Positions 28,289 through 37,361 are shown, numbered from the stretch's first letter. The stretch is DNA of 64,000 nt from an uncultured Brevinematales bacterium (GCA_964413265.1 CAYPRX010000037.1:140220-204219), one strand, 5' to 3'. A program made the numbers and translations. Notes: generated from the letters alone by a model not told the origin.

Positions 28289-28990
28289 TTAAGCCGGTTT
28301 GTGCCATGCCTCGACTTTATTTATCCATTCTTTATCATGCTTGGAATGCATAATTATTTTTCCTTCCTTGATATATATGACTTCCTCGCATATATTTGAA
28401 GTCACATCGGCGATCTTTTCAAGGTTTTCGGCTATTCTTATCAGCTGGATAGAAGCATCTATAAGTGTGGCGTTAGAGACCATATAAGTTATAAGCTCTC
28501 TCAGGATCTGGTCCCTGTAATCATCGACGATATCATCGTGGGGAAGTACTTCAAAAGCCAGTTTTGAATCCTCGTTCAAAAAAGATAGAATACTGTCGTC
28601 AAGCATTTTAAGAGTTTCTGCAAGCATATGCGGCAGGTCAATAAGTGGTTTAACCGGCGGGCGATCGATTAGATAAACCGAGCTTTCAGCTATGTTGACG
28701 GAATGGTCACCCATTCTCTCCAGATCTGATACCATTTTGGAGATCATCATTACTATTCTTAGCTGTTTAGCTTCAGGATGGAAGCGGGCTATCATATTTA
28801 TACATTCCTCATCTATATCAATCTCGGCCTGGTTGACAAGCGGTTCAAGCTCAGTTATGACTCGTTTAGCCATCGGGGCATTTCGAAGAATCAAAGACTG
28901 GAGTGAATGATCAATCATTTCACGTACTATGGCCGCCGTTTTGGCGATCTTTTGTTTTAATTCATTTACTTGCTGCTCATGCATAAGCAT
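28289..28990 (-). CDS. phoU: phosphate signalling complex protein PhoU
   Basis: 233 aa. Duplicated PhoU repeats with DLERMGDHSVNIAE and NLEKIADVTSNICE. Confidence 0.9.
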   Translation of the reverse strand: MLMHEQQVNELKQKIAKTAAIVREMIDHSLQSLILRNAPMAKRVITELEPLVNQAEIDIDEECINMIARFHPEAKQLRIVMMISKMVSDLERMGDHSVNIAESSVYLIDRPPVKPLIDLPHMLAETLKMLDDSILSFLNEDSKLAFEVLPHDDIVDDYRDQILRELITYMVSNATLIDASIQLIRIAENLEKIADVTSNICEEVIYIKEGKIIMHSKHDKEWINKVEAWHKPA

Positions 28991-28993
28991 CTC

Positions 28994-29764
28994 CTATCCG
29001 AATTTTCCGCTCAGGTATTCCTCTGTTCTTTTATCCTCGGGAACTGTAAATAATTTTTCAGTAGTTCCGTATTCAATCAAATCACCAAGATACATAAATG
29101 CAGTATAATCCGAAACCCTGCCGGCCTGAGCTATGTTATGAGTAACCAGAATGATAGCAACGCTGTTCTTCAACTCAACTATCAATTCTTCTATATGCAG
29201 AGTCGCTTTCGGGTCGAGAGCTGAAGTTGGCTCGTCAAGAAGAAGAACATCCGGGTCCATTGCAAGGGCTCTGGCTATGCATAATCTCTGCTGTTGTCCG
29301 CCTGATAAAAAAGTTCCCCTCTTATTCAGCTTGTCCTTGACTTCGTTCCAGAGGGCACTTTTTGTAAGCGATGCCTCAACTATTTTATCGGCATCCGATT
29401 TTTTTAAGTGAATGCCGTTTAATTTATATCCTGCTATGACGTTGTCATAAATTGTCATTGTTGGAAAGGGGTTCGGGCGCTGAAAAACCATTCCTATCCT
29501 ACGCCTGACTAATATCGGATCTATCTGAAGAAGGTCTTCACCGTTTAATAAAATCTTTCCTTCCACCCTGGATTCCGGGGTAAGTTCATGCATTCTGTTG
29601 AAACACCTTATAAGAGTGGATTTTCCGCAGCCGGACGGCCCCATAATTGCATGGACTGTTTTTTCATAAAAATTCATTGTTATGTTATTAAGCGCCTTCT
29701 GGTCGCCATAATAGACGCTCAGGTCCTCAACATCAAGGAACGAGTTTAAAATTTTACCTTCCAT
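28994..29764 (-). CDS. pstB: phosphate ABC transporter ATP-binding protein
   Basis: Start moved to Met30 (29764; SD AGGTGGTGG). Walker [10 protein letters not shown], signature [15 protein letters not shown], Walker [12 protein letters not shown]. Confidence 0.93.
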   Translation of the reverse strand: MEGKILNSFLDVEDLSVYYGDQKALNNITMNFYEKTVHAIMGPSGCGKSTLIRCFNRMHELTPESRVEGKILLNGEDLLQIDPILVRRRIGMVFQRPNPFPTMTIYDNVIAGYKLNGIHLKKSDADKIVEASLTKSALWNEVKDKLNKRGTFLSGGQQQRLCIARALAMDPDVLLLDEPTSALDPKATLHIEELIVELKNSVAIILVTHNIAQAGRVSDYTAFMYLGDLIEYGTTEKLFTVPEDKRTEEYLSGKFG

Positions 29765-30609
29765 CTGCTTGCCACCACCTTTGCTATTATATTTAAAACG
29801 AGAACGAAAGTCACGAGAATTAAAGAAGCACCCCATGCAATATCCTGCCAATCCGTGTACGGGCTTGTAGCGTATTTAAAGATTATATGAGGTATTGTTT
29901 CCATCGGTTTTAATGGATTTACCTCGCTAAACGGATTGCCGAAAGCTGTAAAAAGAAGCGGGGCGGTTTCGCCTGTTATCCTGGCGGTCCCTACAAGAAC
30001 CCCTGTAAGAATACCTGATAAGCCTGCCGGAATTACAACCCTTAACATGACCCTGTAGTAAGGGACTCCGAGGGAATAAGCGGCTTCTTTTACCGAATAG
30101 GGTATAAGCCTCAAAGTTTCCTCAGTGTTTTTTATAATAAGAGGCAGCATCATCATCGAGAGGGCTATACTTCCGGAGATGGCTGAAAAACCTTTCATGG
30201 GAATCACGATCCAAACATATGCTATAATGCCGAGAATAATGGAAGGGACGCCCTGAAGAACATCAACGGCTATGCGGGCGAAATTTCCCAGACGGCTGTC
30301 CCTGTTTTCTGATAGATATATCCCGGAAAGAATACCGATTGGTATCGCAATAATTGAGGAGAAAAATACGATTATTATGGAACCTAGAATTGCGTTTACG
30401 ATTCCTCCACCAGTCTCACCGGTGGCCTTGGGCAGTTTTGTCAATAGGTCCAGGCTTATGAACGAAACACCATTTTTCGTAATATAAAAAAGAATAAGGA
30501 CAAGGGGTACCAGAGTTACGAGAGACAGGGCGATAATTATGACAAGAAACGCCCTGTCTTTAATGACATTGGTCAGAAATTTTCTTTTTTTATTTTCACC
30601 GATACTCAT
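29746..30609 (-). CDS. pstA: phosphate ABC transporter permease PstA
   Basis: 287 aa, 6 TM. EAA-loop region [21 protein letters not shown]. Confidence 0.9.
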   Translation of the reverse strand: MSIGENKKRKFLTNVIKDRAFLVIIIALSLVTLVPLVLILFYITKNGVSFISLDLLTKLPKATGETGGGIVNAILGSIIIVFFSSIIAIPIGILSGIYLSENRDSRLGNFARIAVDVLQGVPSIILGIIAYVWIVIPMKGFSAISGSIALSMMMLPLIIKNTEETLRLIPYSVKEAAYSLGVPYYRVMLRVVIPAGLSGILTGVLVGTARITGETAPLLFTAFGNPFSEVNPLKPMETIPHIIFKYATSPYTDWQDIAWGASLILVTFVLVLNIIAKVVASRWKVKF

Positions 30610-30612
30610 CTA

Positions 30613-31554
30613 TTAATCCTTGACGCTGGTTTTTGTTATAATATATCTTCCAGCGATTCCAAAAATTATCGTAATTATGAAAAGCACAAGTCCCATTTCT
30701 ATCAATGAGGAAACATAAACGGGATCTGTGGCTTCAGTAAATTCATTGGCAATAATACTGGCGATAGTATGGCCCGGTCCGAAGATATTAGTCGGCATAA
30801 AATATGAATTTCCTATGACCATGGTTACCGCCATTGTTTCGCCGAGCGCCCTTCCGAAAGAAAGGAGGATTCCAGCAATTATGCCTGAGCCTGCATATGG
30901 TATTACGACTTTTTTAATAACTTCATAACGGGTTGCTCCCAGCGAATAAGCAGCTTCTTTGAGATCATTTGGGACCATCCCTATGACCTCCCTGGAAATT
31001 GAAGCTGCAAAGGGTATTATCATGATCGATAAAAGCAGGGCTGCGGCGAAAATTCCGACGCCAAGCGGCAATACCTTTATCGTGACTTCAAATCCACGTA
31101 CAATCGGGACAAGGGCGAACAGCCCCCACATACCGTATATTATTGATGGTATTCCGGCGAGAAGTTCCATAGCGGAATTAAGAACAGTTGCTATCGGTCC
31201 TGATGGAAAGTATTCACCTAGTATCAGTGCTACCGAGAGTGAAAAAGGTATGCATACGATTAATGATATAATTGATGTGAGCAGTGTGCCGAGAGCAAAG
31301 GGTAATGCACCGAACTGGCCGTTAAGTGGGTCCCATATTGTAGCACCGAAAAATAAAAAGCCGAATTTCTGCAGAGAAGGCTGAGCTGAAATAAAAAGGC
31401 TGATAAAAATTGCAAGGAGAAGAAGGCAGACAATGATAACACAGAAGAGGACAGTTGATGTAAAAGTTCTGTTTAAAAATAATAACATGGGGTGGGATCG
31501 AGTTCCCACCCCATTTTCTGTTGAAAATGTTTTACTTGTTGATTTTCGAGCCAT
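30613..31554 (-). CDS. pstC: phosphate ABC transporter permease PstC
   Basis: EAA loop [21 protein letters not shown]. The start is ambiguous. I prefer Met33 (31554; GGTGG 8 nt upstream, 23-nt overlap with pstS) over the track start at 31650 or the Met at 31488. Confidence 0.88.
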   Translation of the reverse strand: MARKSTSKTFSTENGVGTRSHPMLLFLNRTFTSTVLFCVIIVCLLLLAIFISLFISAQPSLQKFGFLFFGATIWDPLNGQFGALPFALGTLLTSIISLIVCIPFSLSVALILGEYFPSGPIATVLNSAMELLAGIPSIIYGMWGLFALVPIVRGFEVTIKVLPLGVGIFAAALLLSIMIIPFAASISREVIGMVPNDLKEAAYSLGATRYEVIKKVVIPYAGSGIIAGILLSFGRALGETMAVTMVIGNSYFMPTNIFGPGHTIASIIANEFTEATDPVYVSSLIEMGLVLFIITIIFGIAGRYIITKTSVKD

Positions 31555-32575
31555 TATAAACCACCGAGTCCAATAGATCTTCATCCAGTTTGACCACCTT
31601 TTCAGGAAGTCTTCCATAAAAGAGAGGTTCATTGTACTGCTGTCCTTCATGGATCATCCACCAGATTAATTTTACAACTTCTTTCGACCTGTTTTGCGGC
31701 CTTCCGCCGTAAGCCTGTTCCTTGTATAGAATGATCCATGTAAAGGTGCAGATGGGATATCCGTCTGGTGCAGATGTATCAACTATGGAAACTTGAGCGT
31801 TTGCCGGTATCTCAACATTGGCCGCATTCATTACCGACTTTAAATCAGCTGAAATGAAGTTACCGGCTTTATTTTTAATTTTGCCCATCGGCATCTTGTT
31901 CTGAACTGCGTAAGCCTGTTCGACATACCCGATGGCTCCAGGTAGTTGTTTGATGTAAGCAGTCACACCGGGGTTTCCCTTTCCTCCAATCCCTACGGGC
32001 CAGTTAAGGGATTTCCCTGTCCCTACCTTGCTTTTCCATTCGGGGCTCACGGTAGATAGATAATCTGTAAAGGTGAATGTCGTTCCGCTTCCGTCGGAAC
32101 GGTGGACCACTGTTATTTGAGTATCGGGCAGCATGACTCCCTTATTGGCCTCCGCTATTTTAGGGTCGTTCCATTTGGTGATTGTTCCCAGAAATATTTC
32201 TGAAATAATTTCCGGAGAAAAGTTTATTTGAGGGTCACCGGGCAGGTTGTAAGTAAGAACAACCGCTCCCAGGCATGTTGGTATATGAATTACCTCGGCT
32301 TTGGCGGCTTTCTTTTCGTTGGCGTTCATAGGGGCATCTGTTCCCCCAAAATCGACAGTTTTACTTACCAGCTGCTGGATCCCCCCGCCGGAACCAATAG
32401 CCTGATAATTCACCTTCATCTTCGTGAAATTATAGTATTCCTCGAACATCTTGGAATAAAGAGGATAGGGAAATGTAGCTCCAGCCCCCAATAAACTTTC
32501 AACTTTCGGCTCTGCTGTAAAGCCTGCTGAGATGAACAGAAAAATAGCCGAAACCCAGAATAATAATTTCTTCAT
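31532..32575 (-). CDS. pstS: phosphate ABC transporter substrate-binding protein PstS
   Basis: Start moved to MKKLLFWVSAIF (32575; SD GGGAGGA). Signal peptide, then GAGATFPYPLYSKM, AIGSGGGIQQ, RSDGSGTT. Confidence 0.9.
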   Translation of the reverse strand: MKKLLFWVSAIFLFISAGFTAEPKVESLLGAGATFPYPLYSKMFEEYYNFTKMKVNYQAIGSGGGIQQLVSKTVDFGGTDAPMNANEKKAAKAEVIHIPTCLGAVVLTYNLPGDPQINFSPEIISEIFLGTITKWNDPKIAEANKGVMLPDTQITVVHRSDGSGTTFTFTDYLSTVSPEWKSKVGTGKSLNWPVGIGGKGNPGVTAYIKQLPGAIGYVEQAYAVQNKMPMGKIKNKAGNFISADLKSVMNAANVEIPANAQVSIVDTSAPDGYPICTFTWIILYKEQAYGGRPQNRSKEVVKLIWWMIHEGQQYNEPLFYGRLPEKVVKLDEDLLDSVVYNGSKINK

Positions 32576-32654
32576 GAATTTTCCTCCCATTTGATTAAGG
32601 GCAGACCATTTTATGATCCACCCTTTAATTATAATATATTTTTTTTAAAATGTC

Positions 32655-33968
32655 TTACTGCCAGATGGTAAAGTTAAGCTTGTAGGCGAATTCAACCCAT
32701 ACTAGCCAGTCACCGCTTGGCTGGCCGTTTTCTGTAAGGTACTTTCCAACAAGGGGCTTGAACGTCAGGTTGTTCTGATCAAGTTTTATGCTGCCTCCAA
32801 AGTAGAGGATCGAACTGGATACGTCCTGAAAGCTGCCGCTTGAGTTGGTTGCGCCTGTCCATGGATTCAAATAATCATACCTGATCATAGGCTCAACGGC
32901 CCAGTCCGCGAATCCGTAACCCAGTGAAACTGAATAAACTACGCCGTTGAAATTATTGCCGCATGGGTCTGTTGTTGTAACGCCTGAACTCCAGTTATTG
33001 GTAACGTTTTCGTTAATATACTGGAATACGAAATCAATAGGAATGCCCATAACGTTTTTCGCCGATACCATTAAGTCCAGGTATGTCTCATTGTTGCCGT
33101 TGTCGGCATAGTCGTAGGGATTTACCCTGTAGGACCCTCCTATTAAAGTGCCATCCAATGGTGAAAGAAACAGTGAGAACTGGTATGTTAATGTGTTGCC
33201 GTATCCCCCGTTACCTGCATTGATGTTGGTTGCGGCATAGTAACTGTTGTAAGGAGCTCCATTATTGTTAAGGTAATTTTTGTAGCCTTCGCCGTTCAGA
33301 AGTTGAATATAATAAGAAACAAGAGATGAAGTTACGCCTTCGATTGGAATGATCCTTCCCGACAGCATCAGGCCTAAATCTGCAGAGTCGCAGACTTTTA
33401 AGCCGGGCTTATAGTTGGTCTGCGCGGAACTTGCTATCGGTCCCTGCTCGCCGTAATAATATTCTGAATCATTTTTGTAGAGTTCGACGGCGTCCTTAAT
33501 TGGAAGGGGATATTGCCAGAAGGAGATATTTCCGAAATAGACAGGGACTATTCCCGCCGAAAACACTATGCTTTTAAGTGAAGTCGTGTTGGTCTGAGAC
33601 ATGTCGTCGCTCATTGATGTGTAGGTCGTCTTAAAAAGATCATAATCGAAGTACGCATACTTGATCAGGCCGGCTGCGTTGCTCAGTGCTGCATTGGCGA
33701 AATCAAAAGTTATCCTTTCATAGATAGGGTCGCCGTAAAAATCCGTACCAAGGTCACCGGATAAAGTGAGATAGGCTCTTCCAATGAAGAACTGCCCGCC
33801 GGGATTAAGCTGTGCGTTTGTGTTGATGTTCTGGGAAGCTGTGCTGCCGTTCGGGCCCGTAACAAGAGTGTTGTAGTCGAACCATGTTTCGGTTGAAAGA
33901 TTGACCGTCGCGCCTGCGAACGATGCAATCGAACCAAGAATCAGACATAATGTCAGAATCCTTTTCAT
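32655..33968 (-). CDS. outer-membrane beta-barrel porin, candidate phosphate-starvation porin
   Basis: Start moved to MKRILTLCLILGSIASFAGA (33968; SD GGAGG). Gly/Tyr/Asn-rich alternating pattern. The terminal ...FAYKLNFTIWQ has aromatic residues near the end. It is the first gene behind a Pho-box-like array. The function is inferred from context. Confidence 0.55.
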   Translation of the reverse strand: MKRILTLCLILGSIASFAGATVNLSTETWFDYNTLVTGPNGSTASQNINTNAQLNPGGQFFIGRAYLTLSGDLGTDFYGDPIYERITFDFANAALSNAAGLIKYAYFDYDLFKTTYTSMSDDMSQTNTTSLKSIVFSAGIVPVYFGNISFWQYPLPIKDAVELYKNDSEYYYGEQGPIASSAQTNYKPGLKVCDSADLGLMLSGRIIPIEGVTSSLVSYYIQLLNGEGYKNYLNNNGAPYNSYYAATNINAGNGGYGNTLTYQFSLFLSPLDGTLIGGSYRVNPYDYADNGNNETYLDLMVSAKNVMGIPIDFVFQYINENVTNNWSSGVTTTDPCGNNFNGVVYSVSLGYGFADWAVEPMIRYDYLNPWTGATNSSGSFQDVSSSILYFGGSIKLDQNNLTFKPLVGKYLTENGQPSGDWLVWVEFAYKLNFTIWQ

Positions 33969-34022
33969 ATTCTTTACCTCCAAAATTGATTTTTCATAGA
34001 ATTTAGGATAAAAATCGCGCAT

Positions 34023-34076
34023 ATTTTAAGGTGCAGGTATGAATACATGGTGAAGGAAATGTTAATTTTGGGTTAA
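34023..34076 (-). promoter_or_regulatory. Pho-box-like array plus -10 upstream of porin-pstSCAB-phoU
   Basis: On the minus strand: TTAACC (34076..34071), TTAACA (34065..34060), TTCACC (34054..34049), TTCATA (34043..34038), all at exact 11-bp phase. After 9 nt comes TAAAAT (34028..34023). Confidence 0.6.
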
Positions 34077-34110
34077 TAAAATATTTTATTGAAAACTATT
34101 GATTCATAGA

Positions 34111-34139
34111 TTGATATTGTGTCTTGATATCCTTATAAT
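34111..34139 (+). promoter_or_regulatory. sigma70-type promoter of purE
   Basis: TTGATA (34111-34116), a 17-nt spacer, TATAAT (34134-34139). SD AAGGAG at 34156-34161. Confidence 0.55.
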
Positions 34140-34167
34140 GACTATTCAGTTCCTTAAGGAGTTGATC

Positions 34168-34650
34168 ATGGATAAAGCTGTTGTCGGTATATTAATGGGC
34201 AGCGATTCCGACCTGCCAATTATGAAAGAAAGTGCTGAAATGCTTGCTTTTTTCGGTATTTCTTATGAAATGACTGTTATATCAGCGCACAGGACACCTG
34301 AGAGGGCGTTAGAATATGCCAGTTCGGCCGAAGAGAGAGGACTTTCGGTAATAATCGCAGGCGCTGGAGGTGCGGCCCACCTTCCTGGGATAATAGCGTC
34401 ATTTACTCCGATCCCTGTAATAGGAGTTCCCATCATTTCAAAAAGCCTTTCAGGAATGGATTCTTTGTTATCAATCGTGCAAATGCCCAAGGGAATACCG
34501 GTGGCAACAGTGGCACTTGACGGAGCTGCAAATGCTGGGATACTGGCGGCAGAAATTCTGGGTGCCGGTGATAAAAAGATCCGCGATCGAATCAGGGACT
34601 ACAGGGATAAATTAAAAAAAGAAGTGGCGGAAAAAGCGAAAAAGGTCTAG
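34168..34650 (+). CDS. purE: N5-carboxyaminoimidazole ribonucleotide mutase
   Basis: Start moved to [19 protein letters not shown] (34168). SAHRTPE and AGGAAHLPG motifs. Confidence 0.9.
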   Translation: MDKAVVGILMGSDSDLPIMKESAEMLAFFGISYEMTVISAHRTPERALEYASSAEERGLSVIIAGAGGAAHLPGIIASFTPIPVIGVPIISKSLSGMDSLLSIVQMPKGIPVATVALDGAANAGILAAEILGAGDKKIRDRIRDYRDKLKKEVAEKAKKV

Positions 34651-34672
34651 GAAAGCTCAATTCGACTTGTCC

Positions 34673-35611
34673 TTATCCGCTCTTTAACTCTTCATCGAAG
34701 AAGGCAATCGTCTTTTTAAGTCCATCCCGCAGAGGCACTTTTGGTTCCCACCCCAGTTTTTCTTTAGCAAGAGCGATGTCAGGTCTGCGCTTTAGGGGAT
34801 CATCCGCGGGAGGGTCTTTACGGACTAATTTTGAACGGGAATTGGTCAGTTCAAGGATGATATTCGCCAATTTTATGATGCTGTACTCTATGGGATTTCC
34901 AAGATTGACGGGGCCGATAAAACTGTCATTATTCATCATTTTCAGGAAACCGTCGATAAGGTCATCAACATAGCAGAAGCTCCGCGTCTGTTCACCATCA
35001 CCGTAAACCGTGATATCCTTGTTTTCAAGCGCCGCAACGATAAAATTGGAAATAACCCTTCCGTCATTGGCAAGCATCCTCGGGCCGTATGTATTGAAGA
35101 TCCTTACGATCCTTATATCGACTTTATTCTGCCGGTGATATTCCATGAAAAGGGATTCAGCAATCCTTTTTCCCTCATCATAACAGCTCCTCAGGCCGTT
35201 TGGATTAACATGACCCCAGTAACTTTCCCTCTGAGGATGCTCGAGTGGATCGCCGTAAACCTCGCTAGTAGATGCCTGGAAAATCCTTGCCTTAAGCCTC
35301 TTGGCAAGTCCGAGCATATTGTAGGCACCCATGAAATTTGTTTTTATAGTTTTTATAGGGTTGACCTGATAGTGAACCGGGGAAGCAGGGCAGGCCAGAT
35401 TGAAAATCCAGTCAACTTCAACCATTAAGGGTTCGATTATGTCATGCCGGATGACCTCGAAATTTTTATTTTCCTCCAGGCGGGCTATATTCTTAATTCT
35501 TCCCGTGAAAAAGTTGTCCACACAGATGACATGATTCCCCATTTTCAGCAATTCTTCACATAAGAAATTACCGAGGAAACCGGCGCCTCCAGTTACAAGT
35601 ACATTCTTCAT
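34673..35611 (-). CDS. UDP-glucuronate decarboxylase (UDP-xylose synthase)-like NAD-dependent SDR
   Basis: 312 aa. [42 protein letters not shown] (YxxxK). Typical of the UXS/ArnA-decarboxylase type. Confidence 0.8.
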   Translation of the reverse strand: MKNVLVTGGAGFLGNFLCEELLKMGNHVICVDNFFTGRIKNIARLEENKNFEVIRHDIIEPLMVEVDWIFNLACPASPVHYQVNPIKTIKTNFMGAYNMLGLAKRLKARIFQASTSEVYGDPLEHPQRESYWGHVNPNGLRSCYDEGKRIAESLFMEYHRQNKVDIRIVRIFNTYGPRMLANDGRVISNFIVAALENKDITVYGDGEQTRSFCYVDDLIDGFLKMMNNDSFIGPVNLGNPIEYSIIKLANIILELTNSRSKLVRKDPPADDPLKRRPDIALAKEKLGWEPKVPLRDGLKKTIAFFDEELKSG

Positions 35612-35646
35612 TTTAAGCCCCTATAGTCCAGGATTTCATCATAACT

Positions 35647-36285
35647 TTAATTCTTATAAAACTGCAGAGTTACGGCCACTCCGTCAATCGGATGTGTAAA
35701 ATCGTATCCGAAAATTGCTGACTTTGAATTCTGCCAGTGAAAATCACTGTTTTTACCCTCGACCCATGCATCCGAAAAATATGACAGTACCTTGTTTGTA
35801 CCATTTTCATTTCCGAAATCGAAGCTGTTAAATAATCCTATATTTCCATTGTAATCTATCCCTTCAGAATATCTGCTGTTCGTATAAATTCTGTAGAAAA
35901 CGGGCATAAAAAGGTAGGTGCCGTCTCCATTATTCACCGGCTGCCATCTTATGATGTCGATTTTCGAGATGTCATAAAGCGTGATCATTTTTGGAGCTTT
36001 ACCGGTTTGTGTTCTGTTAGTTATGAATAGTTTGAGGGTATTTGTGAGATATAATGTCCCGTTTGAGACAGATCCGTCTGAAAAAGTTATTGCACCTTTT
36101 ATCATTAAAAGATATGGGGGTTTTTCCACAGGGGGCATATCGGTAAATGAAATGTTTGAGAAAACAGGTTCATTAACAAGGGGCTGATAAGGTTCTTTTG
36201 GAGAATCCTGTGAATAAACCGGAATAAAAGCTGATAAAACCAGACATAAAAATAAAATAACCGTCAGTTTTATGAAATTTTTCAT
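35647..36285 (-). CDS. secreted/lipoprotein-like hypothetical protein
   Basis: 212 aa with signal peptide MKNFIKLTVILFLCLVLSAF. I recognise no family. An exact GCCGATAA octamer lies 35 nt upstream of the ATG. Confidence 0.5.
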   Translation of the reverse strand: MKNFIKLTVILFLCLVLSAFIPVYSQDSPKEPYQPLVNEPVFSNISFTDMPPVEKPPYLLMIKGAITFSDGSVSNGTLYLTNTLKLFITNRTQTGKAPKMITLYDISKIDIIRWQPVNNGDGTYLFMPVFYRIYTNSRYSEGIDYNGNIGLFNSFDFGNENGTNKVLSYFSDAWVEGKNSDFHWQNSKSAIFGYDFTHPIDGVAVTLQFYKN

Positions 36286-36408
36286 GCTTCTCCCCGGCCT
36301 CTTAGTAGTGTATGTTAATTTTATCGGCAGTGTATAATTTTAAATAAAATCAATAATAAAAAACTGGAATTATTAAAAAGTGGTACAATTCACCCCGAAA
36401 TAGAACAG

Positions 36409-36603
36409 TTGCTTTTGGTGAAATTTTGCTGCATTTACTTAAGGGATTGGAAATTTCAAGGCCAGGCAAGGCCTGTACAATGTATATATCGTATTGAAAT
36501 ATATAAAGGCATAAATGAACACTTTATATTTTATAACAGGGAAAGACTGCACCAGGGCCTTGAATATAAACTGCGGGATCAATTAATTTTGTATTATCGA
36601 TAG
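36409..36603 (+). mobile_element. C-terminal remnant of an IS-type (rve/DDE integrase) transposase
   Basis: The reading frame ends ...GINEHFIFYNRERLHQGLEYKLRDQL*, which resembles the conserved YN-x-x-R-x-H-x-x-L tail of IS3/retroviral-integrase-type transposases. No catalytic core is present upstream. Flanking DNA is AT-rich and non-coding. Confidence 0.45.
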
Positions 36604-36805
36604 TTGAACAATAAACAGCTTTTCGGAAAAAATGGTTCTGAAAGACATCTCGGAACGACAGAAGCAAAATATTTTTAAGGTTTTGCAATAAAATATAAAT
36701 TAATTACATTATTAATATCTAAACGTAAATATTAAAAGAAAATTTGTTACGGAGTCTGGAAACCGAGACTTTATAAATCTATGTATTTAATGGGAGGAGG
36801 CCTTC

Positions 36806-37048
36806 ATGAAAAAAGTTCTTTTTGGAATAATTGCCGCTTTCATAATTTTCACGATTTCATCCTCTGTAAACTCACCGCTTTCTTCAAGTTCTTCTAATGC
36901 TTCTACTTATCCTCATACTCCTACGGTTTACACTGCCGGGCAGAACGATGCGGGCCAGGCCTGCTACTGGACGGGGTCAAGCACAACACCTACTGTACTG
37001 GATACAGCAAGTGGTTATTCTTATGCATATTCCATTTTCGTACAATGA
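36806..37048 (+). CDS. truncated secreted repeat-protein fragment (possible pseudogene)
   Basis: 80 aa. SD GGGAGGAGG, a signal peptide and a Ser-rich linker, then VYTAGQNDAGQACYWTGSSTTPTVL...YAYSIFVQ*. The sequence stops after about one repeat unit. Confidence 0.4.
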   Translation: MKKVLFGIIAAFIIFTISSSVNSPLSSSSSNASTYPHTPTVYTAGQNDAGQACYWTGSSTTPTVLDTASGYSYAYSIFVQ

Positions 37049-37361
37049 AAATATACCAGACTTCAGTAAGGGGAAGAGCGGCCTGTCCGAAATCCATGAA
37101 TAATAGAATAAAAATTGGTAAATATTTCAATAAAATTCCATCATAATTTAATTGATTTTCTGTCCTAAGATGAGAGTGCACTTGATGGCTGTCAGTTCCA
37201 TTCTTTTCGTTATCTCAAGTTCTATCATGCTTTCATCCATTTTTCTTCTTGTTGCTGCTATAATATTTTCAATTGGGCATTTGTTTAATTCAATATGAGT
37301 TAGCGATCGCCCGGATAGGGGTGATGTAAGGGTGATTACACTCCCTGCTTAAATGGATCCG

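Noticed and set aside
36897-37181. Track ORFs 36897..37103 (+, 68 aa) and 36990..37181 (-, 63 aa) in the decayed islet.
   Set aside because: They overlap each other and the better-supported truncated secreted ORF. There is no SD, and the composition is that of AT-rich non-coding DNA.
37303-37310. GCGATCGC palindrome (the HIP1-like octamer known from cyanobacteria) and the adjacent direct repeat GGGTGAT x2 (37320-37340).
   Set aside because: I noticed only this one copy of the palindrome in the window. It is consistent with chance and gives no evidence of an iterated-palindrome system. The short repeats may contribute to a weak stem after the radical SAM gene, but no T-tract follows.
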